Positions 1 to 8,989 of a stretch of 64,000 bases of DNA are shown one piece after another. Position 1 is the stretch's first letter, and every line of letters starts with the position of its first letter. The translations under genes were made by a program, and so were the position numbers. The notes beneath the pieces were generated by a model. It worked only from the letters and a program-made list of their open reading frames with translations. It did no database searches and was not told where the DNA came from. The stretch lies in IMG/VR virus record IMGVR_UViG_3300033067_001302, positions 1 through 64,000 of that record; one strand, written 5' to 3'. This DNA comes from a virus (Duplodnaviria > Caudoviricetes).

Positions 1-131
1 CTTGCGTAAAGGTGGGTATCCTTCCTTGCACAAATGGGACCATAGCCCCTTTCTTCACTCGCCGGGTCTTCCAGGGGCAAACCACAGCGAGAACAGCGAC
101 GACGTTCGTTCCGTTGGAAGGCAAGACTCAT
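1..131 (-). CDS. DUF6011-like zinc-binding protein, runs off the window edge
   Basis: Hand translation, absent from the ORF track: MSLAFQRNERRRCSRCGLPLEDPASEERGYGPICARK. This matches the CxxCG.PL.DP.S..RG.GP.C pattern. Confidence 0.7.
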   Translation of the reverse strand, partial: MSLAFQRNERRRCSRCGLPLEDPASEERGYGPICARKDTHLYA

Positions 132-148
132 CTGAACACCTCTATTCA

Positions 149-176
149 AGAATAATGTCTGTTTCGCCGGGGTCAA
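149..176 (-). promoter_or_regulatory. sigma70-like promoter
   Basis: TTGACC-16 nt-TATTCT upstream of the ATG at 131. Confidence 0.45.
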
Positions 177-323
177 GGGAAATATTATTTCTCCGGTGCA
201 TTTTCACCATCTTTCCCAAGTGATTACGAGATGTTAGGCGAATAGAAGGTTCCAGTTTTGTAAACTTAATCTGGAATCTATTCAGGTCGACATTCAGACA
301 ATTGAGAAACTTGAAAAGCAAAT

Positions 324-581
324 GTGGGGATGGCCGAACCAGTGCGATGCAAGGGCAGTTCCCTTCTTCACTCTTTCCAGTATGATAAGGAAGAGAGGAT
401 TCTCCGGGTCTTCTTCTTGAGCGGCTACGTCTATGACTACTTCTTTGTCCCTGAAGAGGTTGCAGAGGAGCTTCAAAGACTGGCTGAGCTGGGTGGAGAG
501 AGTCTTGGGAAGTGGTTCGCCAAGAACATCAAGAAGACATTTGAGTACCAGAGAGTAAAGCAGGAAGATGACGACAAATAG
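324..581 (+). CDS. KTSC-domain protein
   Basis: SSLLHSFQYDKEERILRVFFLSGYVYDYFFVP...SLGKWFAKNIKK is a typical KTSC pattern. Confidence 0.8.
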   Translation: MGMAEPVRCKGSSLLHSFQYDKEERILRVFFLSGYVYDYFFVPEEVAEELQRLAELGGESLGKWFAKNIKKTFEYQRVKQEDDDK

Positions 582-1053
582 GTTCTCCGCAAGTGACGAA
601 GGCAAGCTGTTCTACATCATTGGGGATTTCCCGGTGGCGATGTTCGAATTCGACGGTATGGCTTCAGCCGATATCCTGTCGTATCGAGGACTTGTGAACA
701 TTAACAGCAGCGAGACCGCCCTGCTTTACATTGGCTCAAGGGTTCCACAGCCGATCAATGGTAAGGTAGCCACCTTCTACGTCTTCCTCTACGATGAGAA
801 GGTTGTTGGACTCCCAACACATCTCTACGACGAGTCCAGCAATCCAATCATCTTTGTGGAGCTTGGAAAGGACCCCGTCCGTAGCAATGCAAGGTATGGA
901 GACAACCTACCACTTGCTCCAATTGCTATTACTGTTGCCAAGTCGGCGCTGCTCAAGCTTGCTCAGGTCGATAAGGACAGCGAAGCTCAAGAAGAAAAGA
1001 GTGGTTTTGTGAAAACGCTCCGTGAAATGTTCCTGGACTTTTTCAGAGCTTGA
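568..1053 (+). CDS. hypothetical protein
   Basis: 161-aa ORF overlapping the end of the KTSC gene; no motif recognised. Confidence 0.65.
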   Translation: MTTNRFSASDEGKLFYIIGDFPVAMFEFDGMASADILSYRGLVNINSSETALLYIGSRVPQPINGKVATFYVFLYDEKVVGLPTHLYDESSNPIIFVELGKDPVRSNARYGDNLPLAPIAITVAKSALLKLAQVDKDSEAQEEKSGFVKTLREMFLDFFRA

Positions 1054-1941
1054 TCACTCGGGATCAGCCGACTTACGGATGACCCAGTTGATGTCGTTCA
1101 CTTGGTAAGGAACTCCTACCTCGGCGCAGAACGCCTTGACACACGTCCAACCTTTGTACTGCTTCAACTTGCCTTTGAGCAGTAGTGACAGCCTTGCGGC
1201 ATACAAGCCATGAGCAAGAGCGAACTGTTTCACATTCACAACCTCGTAGAAAACTTCGCCAGTTGGAGAGTAAAGTAAAATGTCTTTGACGTGCAAGTAG
1301 TGGCGCACTTCCCCTTGTTTGAACTCCGTTCTCGGCGACGAATGCTTTCCGAGATGAGCTTCTCGCATCCCGTGGACATACTCGGGTGTTTGCCACTTTT
1401 CTTTCATGCGCGCGTGATTTGCAAGTCCGATTTTCTGGCGGTGCTCCTGTGTGAGAGACTTACCTCTTGTTGGACTTGGACGCCCATACATTGGATTCTT
1501 CTCACCTTTGTGCCCCGGATGACCTGCTTTGAACTGAGAAGCGATCATGTTGGGATTTGTTAGGGCGCGCAAGCGACAGTTTTCCTTAAAGGTCAAAGAG
1601 CGTGAAGGTTCATAAGAAGCTCGGTCAGCTTTCTTGCGAATGTTCAAGATGCCCGAGCACCAAAGTGCGTCTAGGTATTCCTGCTCTTTTTGCTGTCGCT
1701 GCAATTCAGTAGATGCTTCCATCACCTCCAGCACTTCAAATACGAAACTACCTTCCCCATACTTGTTGAAGCAGTTTTGCATTTTCTTGCTGTGATGTGT
1801 TCCCCTCCTCAAAGAGGACAAATGCCCCCGAAGTCGCCTTTTGAACTCTTTACAGCTTCCGATATAGAAGCTTCCGTTCGCGCGACAAGTGATTTTGTAA
1901 ATGCCGGATTTCTTGCTGTGCTGGTTGTATGAAACTTCCAC
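1054..1941 (-). mobile_element. GIY-YIG homing endonuclease with NUMOD-type repeats, fused to the displaced C-terminus of the methyltransferase
   Basis: SGIYKITCRANGSFYIGS...R...H...EQEYLD. The last 28 aa (VKAFCAEVGVPYQVNDINWVIRKSADPE) copy the C-terminus of the upstream gene. CTACTTA lies 5 nt before the GTG. Confidence 0.9.
1072..1141 (-). repeat. recoded 70-nt duplicate of 1967..2036 (methyltransferase 3' end)
   Basis: Manual alignment: 60/70 nt identical. Nine differences are synonymous and one is V/I. Confidence 0.95.
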
Positions 1942-1963
1942 ACAACTAAGTAGGGGACCGAAT

Positions 1964-2602
1964 TCACTTACGGATGATCCAGTTAATGTCGTTTACCTGA
2001 TAGGGAACGCCTACTTCCGCGCAGAATGCCTTGACAGCATTAGCCACGCTATCCCAAGGCCAATCATCACCGAAAATAGCGCCGCCAGGAGATAGTAGCT
2101 CCCAATAAGCGATAAGGTCGTCATACACATCCTTTTCGTCGTGACTTCCATCAATGTAGATCAAATCAGCCTGGAGTTCGAAGTCCCGCAAAAAGGAAGC
2201 TCCAATTTGGCTTGGCATCGACAATGGAACGATCTTGTCAGCACACCCGGCTTGGATCATGTTGCTCAAGAACCTCTTGTAGAAGGTTGGGCGGCCATTC
2301 TCCATTTCAAGGTGCTTCTTGAGCTCAGGATCTCTCCAGTGCTCCTTCGAACCGAGCCAAGTATCAATGCAGATCACAGCCGTGTCAAGGTCCAAGGCTG
2401 TACAGGAGTTCGCAAGGTTGGCTGCGCTCAATCCCATCCAGCTACCAACCTCAATGATCAACTTGGGACGGAGATGACTCACCAAACCTGGGAAGATTTG
2501 CCTGTCTCCGTTCCAACCCCAAAGGCGAGTTCCTGGGACGGCAGAGAAGTCCTCGAAAGCGTCCGAGAGCTCTAGTTTTGCAAGGAGTTCCTTCTTGTTC
2601 AT
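1964..2602 (-). CDS. class I SAM-dependent methyltransferase (Methyltransf_24-like)
   Basis: IIEVGSWMGLS, DLIYIDGSH, LSPGGAIFGDDW. The ATG at 2602 overlaps the upstream TGA. Confidence 0.85.
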   Translation of the reverse strand: MNKKELLAKLELSDAFEDFSAVPGTRLWGWNGDRQIFPGLVSHLRPKLIIEVGSWMGLSAANLANSCTALDLDTAVICIDTWLGSKEHWRDPELKKHLEMENGRPTFYKRFLSNMIQAGCADKIVPLSMPSQIGASFLRDFELQADLIYIDGSHDEKDVYDDLIAYWELLSPGGAIFGDDWPWDSVANAVKAFCAEVGVPYQVNDINWIIRK

Positions 2603-2811
2603 CGTCTTTCCTTCAAAGAAATGCAAATCAACTTCGTCTTGGAGCCCGGAATGAATCCAACCGTGTAGTTGTACATCCGGTTGAACTCATCTCCCATAGC
2701 CACGATCTCGTGCATCGCTTCTGGTGTGAAAGTCAAGGAAAAAGTGAAATCCACGCCTTTCCCTCTCACAGCATCGTGACGAGCACGAATGAGCTCGCGC
2801 ACAGTTGCCAT
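2599..2811 (-). CDS. hypothetical protein
   Basis: 70-aa ORF with stop/start overlaps on both sides. Confidence 0.65.
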   Translation of the reverse strand: MATVRELIRARHDAVRGKGVDFTFSLTFTPEAMHEIVAMGDEFNRMYNYTVGFIPGSKTKLICISLKERR

Positions 2812-3155
2812 CAGTTGGCCTGAGCTTTCTCCCGCTTGCCAACAAGCTTACCAGTTGTCGGATCGCGAGAAATCACAATGTCTTCCTCTGGTTCCTCAAC
2901 TTCATCGGTAGCCAGTGTAACAACTTGAGCCCTTGCCTTCTCCTCGGCTTGCCTCTGGAGAGCTTCGCCCATCTCGTTCCAACCCTTCACGTAATCCTCC
3001 GAAAGGATCAGAACGCCAGGATTCGCTTCGCTTTCCTCAAGGCGGACAGCTCGGCAGTGATCAACGACGCTCTGTTGCGTGATGATGCACATTGTCAAGA
3101 GCTCACGGATTTGACCAACTACTTGGTCGCTGAACTTGTAGACCTTCTTAGTCAT
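2811..3155 (-). CDS. hypothetical protein
   Basis: 114-aa ORF within the operon. Confidence 0.7.
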   Translation of the reverse strand: MTKKVYKFSDQVVGQIRELLTMCIITQQSVVDHCRAVRLEESEANPGVLILSEDYVKGWNEMGEALQRQAEEKARAQVVTLATDEVEEPEEDIVISRDPTTGKLVGKREKAQAN

Positions 3156-3185
3156 TGCTTTTTTCCTTAGTCATGGCTAGAGTGT

Positions 3186-4004
3186 TTACTGCTTCGCGAC
3201 TTGTTCAAGCCTTTCCTTGTAAAGCTTCAGGGCTTCCAGGGCTTCCGCGGGGATGTTCTCTGGAATAGAGTTTTCCAGGTCGATTCGGATGATCAAATCC
3301 CCGACCCTGGTCTCGTTGGGCCCCCTTGGGATTCCACCACCGGCAACCCTCATGGGAGACAGGGGTTGAAACCCAGCAGGGATCTTCAACTCCTTCTTAG
3401 TCCCATCAAGGAGTGTTACAGTCTTGGTTCCACCAAGAACCAAGGTTGGGTAATCAACCGGCACAGCCGTGAGAACATCGCCATTGTGGCCGAACTTGTA
3501 TGGTCCATTGACTCGGAAGGAAACAATCAGTTCGACACGAGTTCCTTCAATCTCCTCTCGGAAAATCAAGGAAATGCCATCCCTGCAACCCTTCGGGAAC
3601 TTGAATTTCTGAATGTGCTCGTATGGAGTGGATTCAAGCCCTTTGCCGACACGACGAGTCTTAACCAAGTTGATCGGCACTTCCCTCTCGCCACCCTCAA
3701 GGACTTCCTTGATTGAAATGTCGATGGTGATGCCAGTCCTGATTGTCCTATTGACGAAAGCATTGGCGAAAGCGTACTCAAATGGGTCAAATGCAGGCCC
3801 GTTCAAGGAATAGTCATACTCCTGCCTCTTCTGTGGATCAGAAAGAGTGGAGTACGCTTCGTTGACTTCCTTCATCTTGGCTTCCGCCGTACTATCCCCA
3901 GGGTTGCGATCGGGATGGTACTTCTTTGCCAATTCCCTGTAAGCAGCCTTGATCTCTTCGGGGGTAGCTTCAGGCGAAATGCCCAGGATCTCGTAGAACG
4001 TCAC
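3186..4004 (-). CDS. dnaJ: DnaJ-like co-chaperone (J domain plus C-terminal domain, no zinc finger)
   Basis: FYEILGIS...[17 protein letters not shown]...[11 protein letters not shown]; C-terminal GDLIIRI. Confidence 0.9.
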   Translation of the reverse strand: MTFYEILGISPEATPEEIKAAYRELAKKYHPDRNPGDSTAEAKMKEVNEAYSTLSDPQKRQEYDYSLNGPAFDPFEYAFANAFVNRTIRTGITIDISIKEVLEGGEREVPINLVKTRRVGKGLESTPYEHIQKFKFPKGCRDGISLIFREEIEGTRVELIVSFRVNGPYKFGHNGDVLTAVPVDYPTLVLGGTKTVTLLDGTKKELKIPAGFQPLSPMRVAGGGIPRGPNETRVGDLIIRIDLENSIPENIPAEALEALKLYKERLEQVAKQ

Positions 4005-4495
4005 AGCTTCTTCTTCCTTTTCTTCCCGGTAAACTGAACTCCACCAACGGGAGCCTTCTGGTTAGCAGCCGATTCAAGAATCCCATTGGCAACCATAGCA
4101 GCCAAGGAGCCACCTGTCATCGTAGGGAGCGGAGGAGGAGGAGGAAGAGTTGAAACACGGCCTACGTCAGCTTCAAGTTGGCTTCGGGCTTTCTCGACCC
4201 TTCTAAGGCCCAACAGGCCGTATCCAGCAATGTCCTGGTAGGGAGACTCTCCAAGGGCATCCCTGTCAGTCGCAATTCGTTTCATCTTGTCGAAGATGCG
4301 CACCAACGCCAGAGCGTCACCGTACTGAGAAGGTTGGATTCCATTTGGATAGAGCAAACGCAAGAACTCCCCTGCGTCGTCAAAGCTAGATCCATAGGCA
4401 GCGTTCTTCACGTCAACAAGTGCTCCGACCCTCTGGCCGAGCGATTCGTAGTTTTCCTTTGTCATGGGGACTACCGTAGTCCCTGTTCGACCCAA
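4001..4495 (-). CDS. nucleotide-modification-associated domain 1 (DUF1599-like) protein
   Basis: KNAAYGSSF...RIFDKMKRI...[13 protein letters not shown] motif pattern. Confidence 0.65.
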   Translation of the reverse strand: MGRTGTTVVPMTKENYESLGQRVGALVDVKNAAYGSSFDDAGEFLRLLYPNGIQPSQYGDALALVRIFDKMKRIATDRDALGESPYQDIAGYGLLGLRRVEKARSQLEADVGRVSTLPPPPPLPTMTGGSLAAMVANGILESAANQKAPVGGVQFTGKKRKKKL

Positions 4496-4497
4496 AG

Positions 4498-4983
4498 TTA
4501 ACCGATGCGGTCGTAAATCAGGTACGAATGTGTTGAGAGGACTTTGCTCTCAACAATCTTCCACTTTGTGGTATCAAGGGAAGGGAAAAAGGCATCACCT
4601 GGATGCCGTCCGTATACCCTTGTAAGGTATACCCTGGAGGCAAATGGGAGAGCTTGACTGTAGATGTCAGCTCCGCCAATCACCATAACCTCGGCTCCTT
4701 GGGAGAAAAGAGTTGCAAGTCCCAATGCCTCTTCCCAGGACCTAGCAATGTGAATGCCAGTACCCTCAAGAAGAGAACGACTCAGGACGATATTCCATCT
4801 GTTTGGAAGTGGCTTTCCAATGGACTCATAAGTCTTACGACCCATGATAACGCTCTTCCCAAGAGTGAGCTCCTTGAACCTTTTCAGGTCCCCAGGAGCA
4901 TCCCAGCTAGGGAGAGAGCCGTGGTGCCCAATGACCCCATCATCGTCCGCAGCCACAATCAAGCTTACTTTTGTTTCCATCAT
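4498..4983 (-). CDS. folA: dihydrofolate reductase
   Basis: SLIVAA...VIG...LP.W..PGDLKRFKELT...VIMGRKTYESIGKPLPNR...VIGGADIY. Start reassigned to MMETKV. Confidence 0.95.
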   Translation of the reverse strand: MMETKVSLIVAADDDGVIGHHGSLPSWDAPGDLKRFKELTLGKSVIMGRKTYESIGKPLPNRWNIVLSRSLLEGTGIHIARSWEEALGLATLFSQGAEVMVIGGADIYSQALPFASRVYLTRVYGRHPGDAFFPSLDTTKWKIVESKVLSTHSYLIYDRIG

Positions 4984-5011
4984 ACCATAGAGAGTCGCGC
5001 TCGGTTGAAAC

Positions 5012-5185
5012 TCAACCTCCAGCAGTAGGATGAAGTTGGTCAACCTGCAATTTCAGTTTGATCACCGTGAATCGAAAAGGTGACTTGTGCCTGTAATTCA
5101 AGTAGAAAACCAGCCCAGCAGGTCGGTTCATCGGTTGGATCGCTACAATTTGCGACGCTATGGCTGGGAAAATGTTCCTCAGCAC
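5012..5185 (-). CDS. 57-aa miniature paralog of the major capsid protein Gol-like segment
   Basis: Hand translation from GTG: MLRNIFPAIASQIVAIQPMNRPAGLVFYLNYRHK. It aligns to the window's own MCP segment IVRRVFAGLVANEVVSVQPMSLPSGLLFYLDY. Confidence 0.75.
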   Translation of the reverse strand: MLRNIFPAIASQIVAIQPMNRPAGLVFYLNYRHKSPFRFTVIKLKLQVDQLHPTAGG

Positions 5186-5190
5186 AGCGA

Positions 5191-6054
5191 TCAGTTCTTC
5201 CAGCTTTGCATCGCCGCTGCAAGCTCGTGGTCTTCCTTGAAGATTTCATCATCGTGGAAGACCGTGGTGGGCTTGCCATCCTTCTTCGGAGGAGTGACTG
5301 GCTTTGCTGTGGGAGCAAAGTGCTCAGGAGCCTGGATCAGCTTCGGGCCAGTGAGCGGAGCATTGGGCTTGAAAGAAGCTCCGTCCGTGACAGCATCCTT
5401 CCCAAACCTCTCGAAGATCGCGTCGAGCTCCTTCTGGAAGTCAGAGGTCTTGGTCTTCTGACCCTTGCCCTTTCCGGTGCTCGGAACCTTGCTGTTCATG
5501 AGGACTTGTGGACCCTTGAACGAGTCGTTCGAGTACCACACGTTCTTGTGCCACGTTCCCATGTGCTCGTTGAGGATGATGGTTTCGCCATCGGAGTTCA
5601 TGAAAACAACCTTGGAGTAGCCAATGTAAGCCTCCAGGGTGGCGCGAATGAAGGAGTTCTTCAAGATCGAAGCCGGATTCTTGTAGTTCTCTGCAAGCAT
5701 CCTCGCGAACACTGCCGAATCACTCTCTTTGGCGGAAGTGAGGTTGGTCAGCGAACGAATGATGCCGTTGTGAGCAAGAGCGAGCTTGTTCTTCACGACC
5801 CAAAACGGGTGAGTATTCTCGGGTGTCACGTCGCCGTGGGTCTTGATACGGAAGTGCACGACCATCTTGCGAAGCGGTCCAGCTTCCTGGTACGCATCCC
5901 AGAACTCGTTGAACTTCATGAAGCCCTTCGAGACAACAACCTTGTCACCGGTTGCGTACATGAAGCCCGCTCCGTCCGAGTTGGCCTTCCACATGGTGCG
6001 GAAACTGTCTGCCGAAACCATGACCTTCTCGGGCTTCACAACGATGATACACAT
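5191..6054 (-). CDS. class II glutamine amidotransferase (Ntn hydrolase)
   Basis: N-terminal MC; NSDGAG; HFRIKTHG; NTHPF; LAHNGII; SDS. Confidence 0.85.
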   Translation of the reverse strand: MCIIVVKPEKVMVSADSFRTMWKANSDGAGFMYATGDKVVVSKGFMKFNEFWDAYQEAGPLRKMVVHFRIKTHGDVTPENTHPFWVVKNKLALAHNGIIRSLTNLTSAKESDSAVFARMLAENYKNPASILKNSFIRATLEAYIGYSKVVFMNSDGETIILNEHMGTWHKNVWYSNDSFKGPQVLMNSKVPSTGKGKGQKTKTSDFQKELDAIFERFGKDAVTDGASFKPNAPLTGPKLIQAPEHFAPTAKPVTPPKKDGKPTTVFHDDEIFKEDHELAAAMQSWKN

Positions 6055-6110
6055 TTGATTCTCTCCTCTGCTCTCTCTGTTCTTTCAACCTAATTCGTTT
6101 TCCAAGCCCG

Positions 6111-6362
6111 TCAAGTGAAAATCTTACCATCCGGTCGGAGGGTGATCCAAGGAAAGCAAGACCAAGCAGATGGAAGTTTCCAGTCAGGGGAATCGACGTT
6201 GCCGTTGTCCTCAAGAGAGTACAAGCCGCCAACCTCGAACCACCCGCTCCAGTGCTCTGCTCGTTCTGTACAGACCACCTGTCCGTCAGAAATCACCTTG
6301 AAGGCAAGGCCCCCGCCGTCGCCCGTTCGATATTCAGATCCCAGTGGTAGATTGAGTTTCAT
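6111..6362 (-). CDS. hypothetical protein
   Basis: 83-aa ORF preceded by a sigma70-like promoter. Confidence 0.55.
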   Translation of the reverse strand: MKLNLPLGSEYRTGDGGGLAFKVISDGQVVCTERAEHWSGWFEVGGLYSLEDNGNVDSPDWKLPSAWSCFPWITLRPDGKIFT

Positions 6363-6368
6363 GGTGGA

Positions 6369-6396
6369 ACCATAACCACCATCACCAGGAAGTCAA
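6369..6396 (-). promoter_or_regulatory. sigma70-like promoter
   Basis: TTGACT-16 nt-TATGGT just upstream of the ATG at 6362. Confidence 0.5.
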
Positions 6397-6539
6397 CGGT
6401 AGTGCTGAATCAATCCGTTGGTATAGAAAATGTGCCACGGCAAAAGGTGGCTGGCAGCGACGTAGTTTTTGCTCTTTTCAGGAACAACTGTCGCTTCCCG
6501 GAGCTCGTATTCCTTCCCAACCACCCAAGTCTCCTGCAT
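6393..6539 (-). CDS. small hypothetical protein (48 aa)
   Basis: MQETWVVGKEYELREATVV...; fills the gap on the coding strand. Confidence 0.45.
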   Translation of the reverse strand: MQETWVVGKEYELREATVVPEKSKNYVAASHLLPWHIFYTNGLIQHYR

Positions 6540-6543
6540 CACA

Positions 6544-6831
6544 GATGGGTTGTTCAGCATCGTAAGCAATGGACCATTCTGCGAGGATCTACAAAGCCTT
6601 TTCAAAGGCATTGGAATCAACTCGCAGGTTATCAGCCTGAAAAACGGTTACGATGGGCAATCTACGGAAGCCAAACGCTTGATGGTTTGCGGGAACAGAC
6701 AGGTATTGAAACTTATGGATTGGCTGTATACAGGGTCCGCGATCCACCTTGAGAGGAAACATGAGAAGTACCTCGCTCTCAAAGCGAACCCTGTATCCAG
6801 GAAGTATCCTATACAGCAACAGCTCCCTTGA
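6544..6831 (+). pseudogene. C-terminal fragment of a LAGLIDADG endonuclease, antisense to thyA
   Basis: FSIVSNGPFCEDLQSLF...RLMVCGNRQVLKLMDWLYTGSAIHLERKHEKY is a typical LAGLIDADG C-terminal half. No LAGLIDADG helix or clear start is present. Confidence 0.65.
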
Positions 6832-7879
6832 TCGCTGCGTGCGACTGATAGTCGTTCAGCTTGACGTGTTCCAAACGGAAATCATCAATGTTCTTGATTG
6901 ATGGGTCAAGCCAAAGTTGAGGCAACGGAAGTGGGGCGCGCGTCAATTGCTCTTTGACTTGCTCTAGATGAGTTTCATAGACATGCAGGTCTCCAAAGGT
7001 ATGGACAAACTCCCCAACTTCCAAACCCGTCACCTGGGCGATCATATGGGTCAGGAGAGCGTAGGAAGCGATGTTGAATGGAACTCCCAGGAAGGCATCA
7101 GCGCTCCTCTGGTAAAGCTGGCAATTCAACCTCGTTCCACCATGAGACACCCGGAACTGGAACAGGGTATGGCATGGGGGCAAGCTCACTTGATCGCAGG
7201 TTGCAGGGTTCCAACCCGTGACAATCAACCTGCGGCAAGACGGATTCGTCTTGATTCGCTCGATCACACGAGCAATTTGGTCAATTTTAGAGCGCTTTGG
7301 TGGTATCTCCGCGACAACCTTTTTTGGGTCCATTGGACCGAGTGGGGCCGAATATGGGGCGGAGTTAATAATGCTGTCGTACTTATCCATCGTTATCGAA
7401 CTCGCTTCGCCATTCTGTATGAGGCCATGCTGAACACCAAGTTTTGACAAAATAACATCAATTTCTTCAACATCTTCGGGAGTTCGAACATCGAATTCCG
7501 TGGCGCGCGAGGGGGAGCTATCAATTGCCTCCCACTTCCTCCACAAAGGACCATAGATAGGTCCCAGGTCGCCTTCTTCGCGTCCAAACTTCGCGCATTG
7601 CTCCTTGGTGGCCCACTCGTCCCAAATGTGGTTATTCTGGGCTTGGAGGTCCTTGACGTTGCTGCTTCCGCTAAGGAACCAGAGCAACTCCGAGGCAATC
7701 AAGCGGAAAGGAACCCTCTTCGTGGTGAGCAAGGGAAATCCGTCACGGAGGCTTACACGATATTGTCTTCCGAAAACAGAATAATATGCCTCTGCTGTTC
7801 TGCCATTTTGGATCAACTCTCCATTGTCTAGGATGTCTTCAAGAAGACGCTTATAGATTTCATCAATGTGTTCACTCAT
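6809..7879 (-). CDS. thyA: thymidylate synthase with a long internal insertion
   Basis: FPLLTTK, ELLWFLSG, IWDEW, LPPCHTLFQF, QRSADAFLGVPFNIASY. The ATG at 7879 overlaps the stop of the upstream endonuclease. Confidence 0.97.
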   Translation of the reverse strand: MSEHIDEIYKRLLEDILDNGELIQNGRTAEAYYSVFGRQYRVSLRDGFPLLTTKRVPFRLIASELLWFLSGSSNVKDLQAQNNHIWDEWATKEQCAKFGREEGDLGPIYGPLWRKWEAIDSSPSRATEFDVRTPEDVEEIDVILSKLGVQHGLIQNGEASSITMDKYDSIINSAPYSAPLGPMDPKKVVAEIPPKRSKIDQIARVIERIKTNPSCRRLIVTGWNPATCDQVSLPPCHTLFQFRVSHGGTRLNCQLYQRSADAFLGVPFNIASYALLTHMIAQVTGLEVGEFVHTFGDLHVYETHLEQVKEQLTRAPLPLPQLWLDPSIKNIDDFRLEHVKLNDYQSHAAIKGAVAV

Positions 7880-8553
7880 TTGTTTTCCTTTCTGCGCTTC
7901 CAAGCCTCTCTCATCTTCGCTTTAGTCTCTTCGCTTCTTTTGAGTCCAAAGTTTGGATTATTGGAGCCAGTGTTTTGTTCCCGCAATTTCTTTCGGGTTT
8001 CCGCTGATACAGCATGACCAAGCTTTGCTTCAGAAATGGCTTCTCTGTGCTCCTTGGTGAATTCACGACCAATGTGAGATGCCCGTATCCTTTCTTTAGT
8101 TTCTTGACTTTGCGGGTGTCCTTTTCGGCCCGTAAGAGCTGCACTTACTTTCTGGTATCGTTCTTCACCTCTGAGTTGTGCCTTGCTAGCACAACTCATT
8201 TTCAGTTTTGCCTCCGGTGAATGCCGATACCCCAAAGTAGATCCTGCGGTTGGCGAAAGGTTGAAAGAAGAATCCTCACCAAAGAGGAGGTCAATATGTT
8301 CCTGTTCACATTCAATGAGCATCTCTTCTTCCACCAGCTTCACCACTCCAAACACAAACTGCTCAGCCCCGTATTTGTTCCACGAACGCTGAAGTTTCTG
8401 ATTTGGATGTTTTCCTATACGGAGCAAGTAGAAGTGAGCCTTGTAACGTCTTTCAATATCAACAGACGAACCGTAGTATATCTGACCTGTTATCAGATTG
8501 GTAATCGAGTAAACGCCGGAACTCTTGCCAGTGAATTGAGTTACTAGCTTCAT
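7876..8553 (-). mobile_element. GIY-YIG homing endonuclease with NUMOD3-like repeats
   Basis: SGVYSITNLITGQIYYGSS..IERR...H...EQEHID; HSPEAKLKMS-type repeats. Confidence 0.9.
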
Positions 8554-8583
8554 AGTGAGTAGCTTTGGTTTTAGTACCAAACA

Positions 8584-8703
8584 CTAGGGCCCGCGGCGGT
8601 TCTGGTAGCCGAACACGCTGTAGTAGCCTTCCTTGGTCCTGCCATTCCCAATGTATTCGCCATTCTCAAGGATATGGCGGAGCATTTCCTGATATTGCTT
8701 CAC
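8584..8703 (-). pseudogene. thyA: displaced 5' remnant of thyA (39 aa)
   Basis: MKQYQEMLRHILENGEYIGNGRTKEGYYSVFGYQNRRGP* is a ThyA N-terminus. Its GTG overlaps the TGA of the upstream gene. Confidence 0.9.
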
Positions 8704-8945
8704 GACTTCACCGCAACTTTCGAGAACTGAGGGAAGATCATCAACTCCTTGGCGGTGATCTTCGCATTCATTCGATCAATGACCTGCTGAATTGTCATGC
8801 CATCAGCAACGGACATGATTTCAAGGACTCTCTTCAGATCCGAGGCCGAAATCCAAACAATCTGCTTGGGTGCTGCGGGCTCTGTGGTTGTAGTGGTTGG
8901 TTCACTGTTCTTGCGTCGAGTACGCTTTGGTGCTTTCTCTGTCAT
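8700..8945 (-). CDS. hypothetical protein
   Basis: 81-aa ORF whose stop overlaps the thyA remnant start. Confidence 0.65.
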   Translation of the reverse strand: MTEKAPKRTRRKNSEPTTTTTEPAAPKQIVWISASDLKRVLEIMSVADGMTIQQVIDRMNAKITAKELMIFPQFSKVAVKS

Positions 8946-8989
8946 GGAGATAGCATAGTGTGCGGACCGAGAAGAAGTTACCGGGGAAG

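Noticed and set aside
7286-7531. ThyA insert as a mini-intein or group I intron
   Set aside because: It has no Cys/Ser/Ala start with a His-Asn end, no internal stops, and no intron core elements that I could recognise.
6809-7879. ThyA as a base-modifying dUMP/dCMP hydroxymethylase
   Set aside because: Motifs are canonical for thymidylate synthase, including the dUMP-specifying Asn, and DHFR is adjacent.
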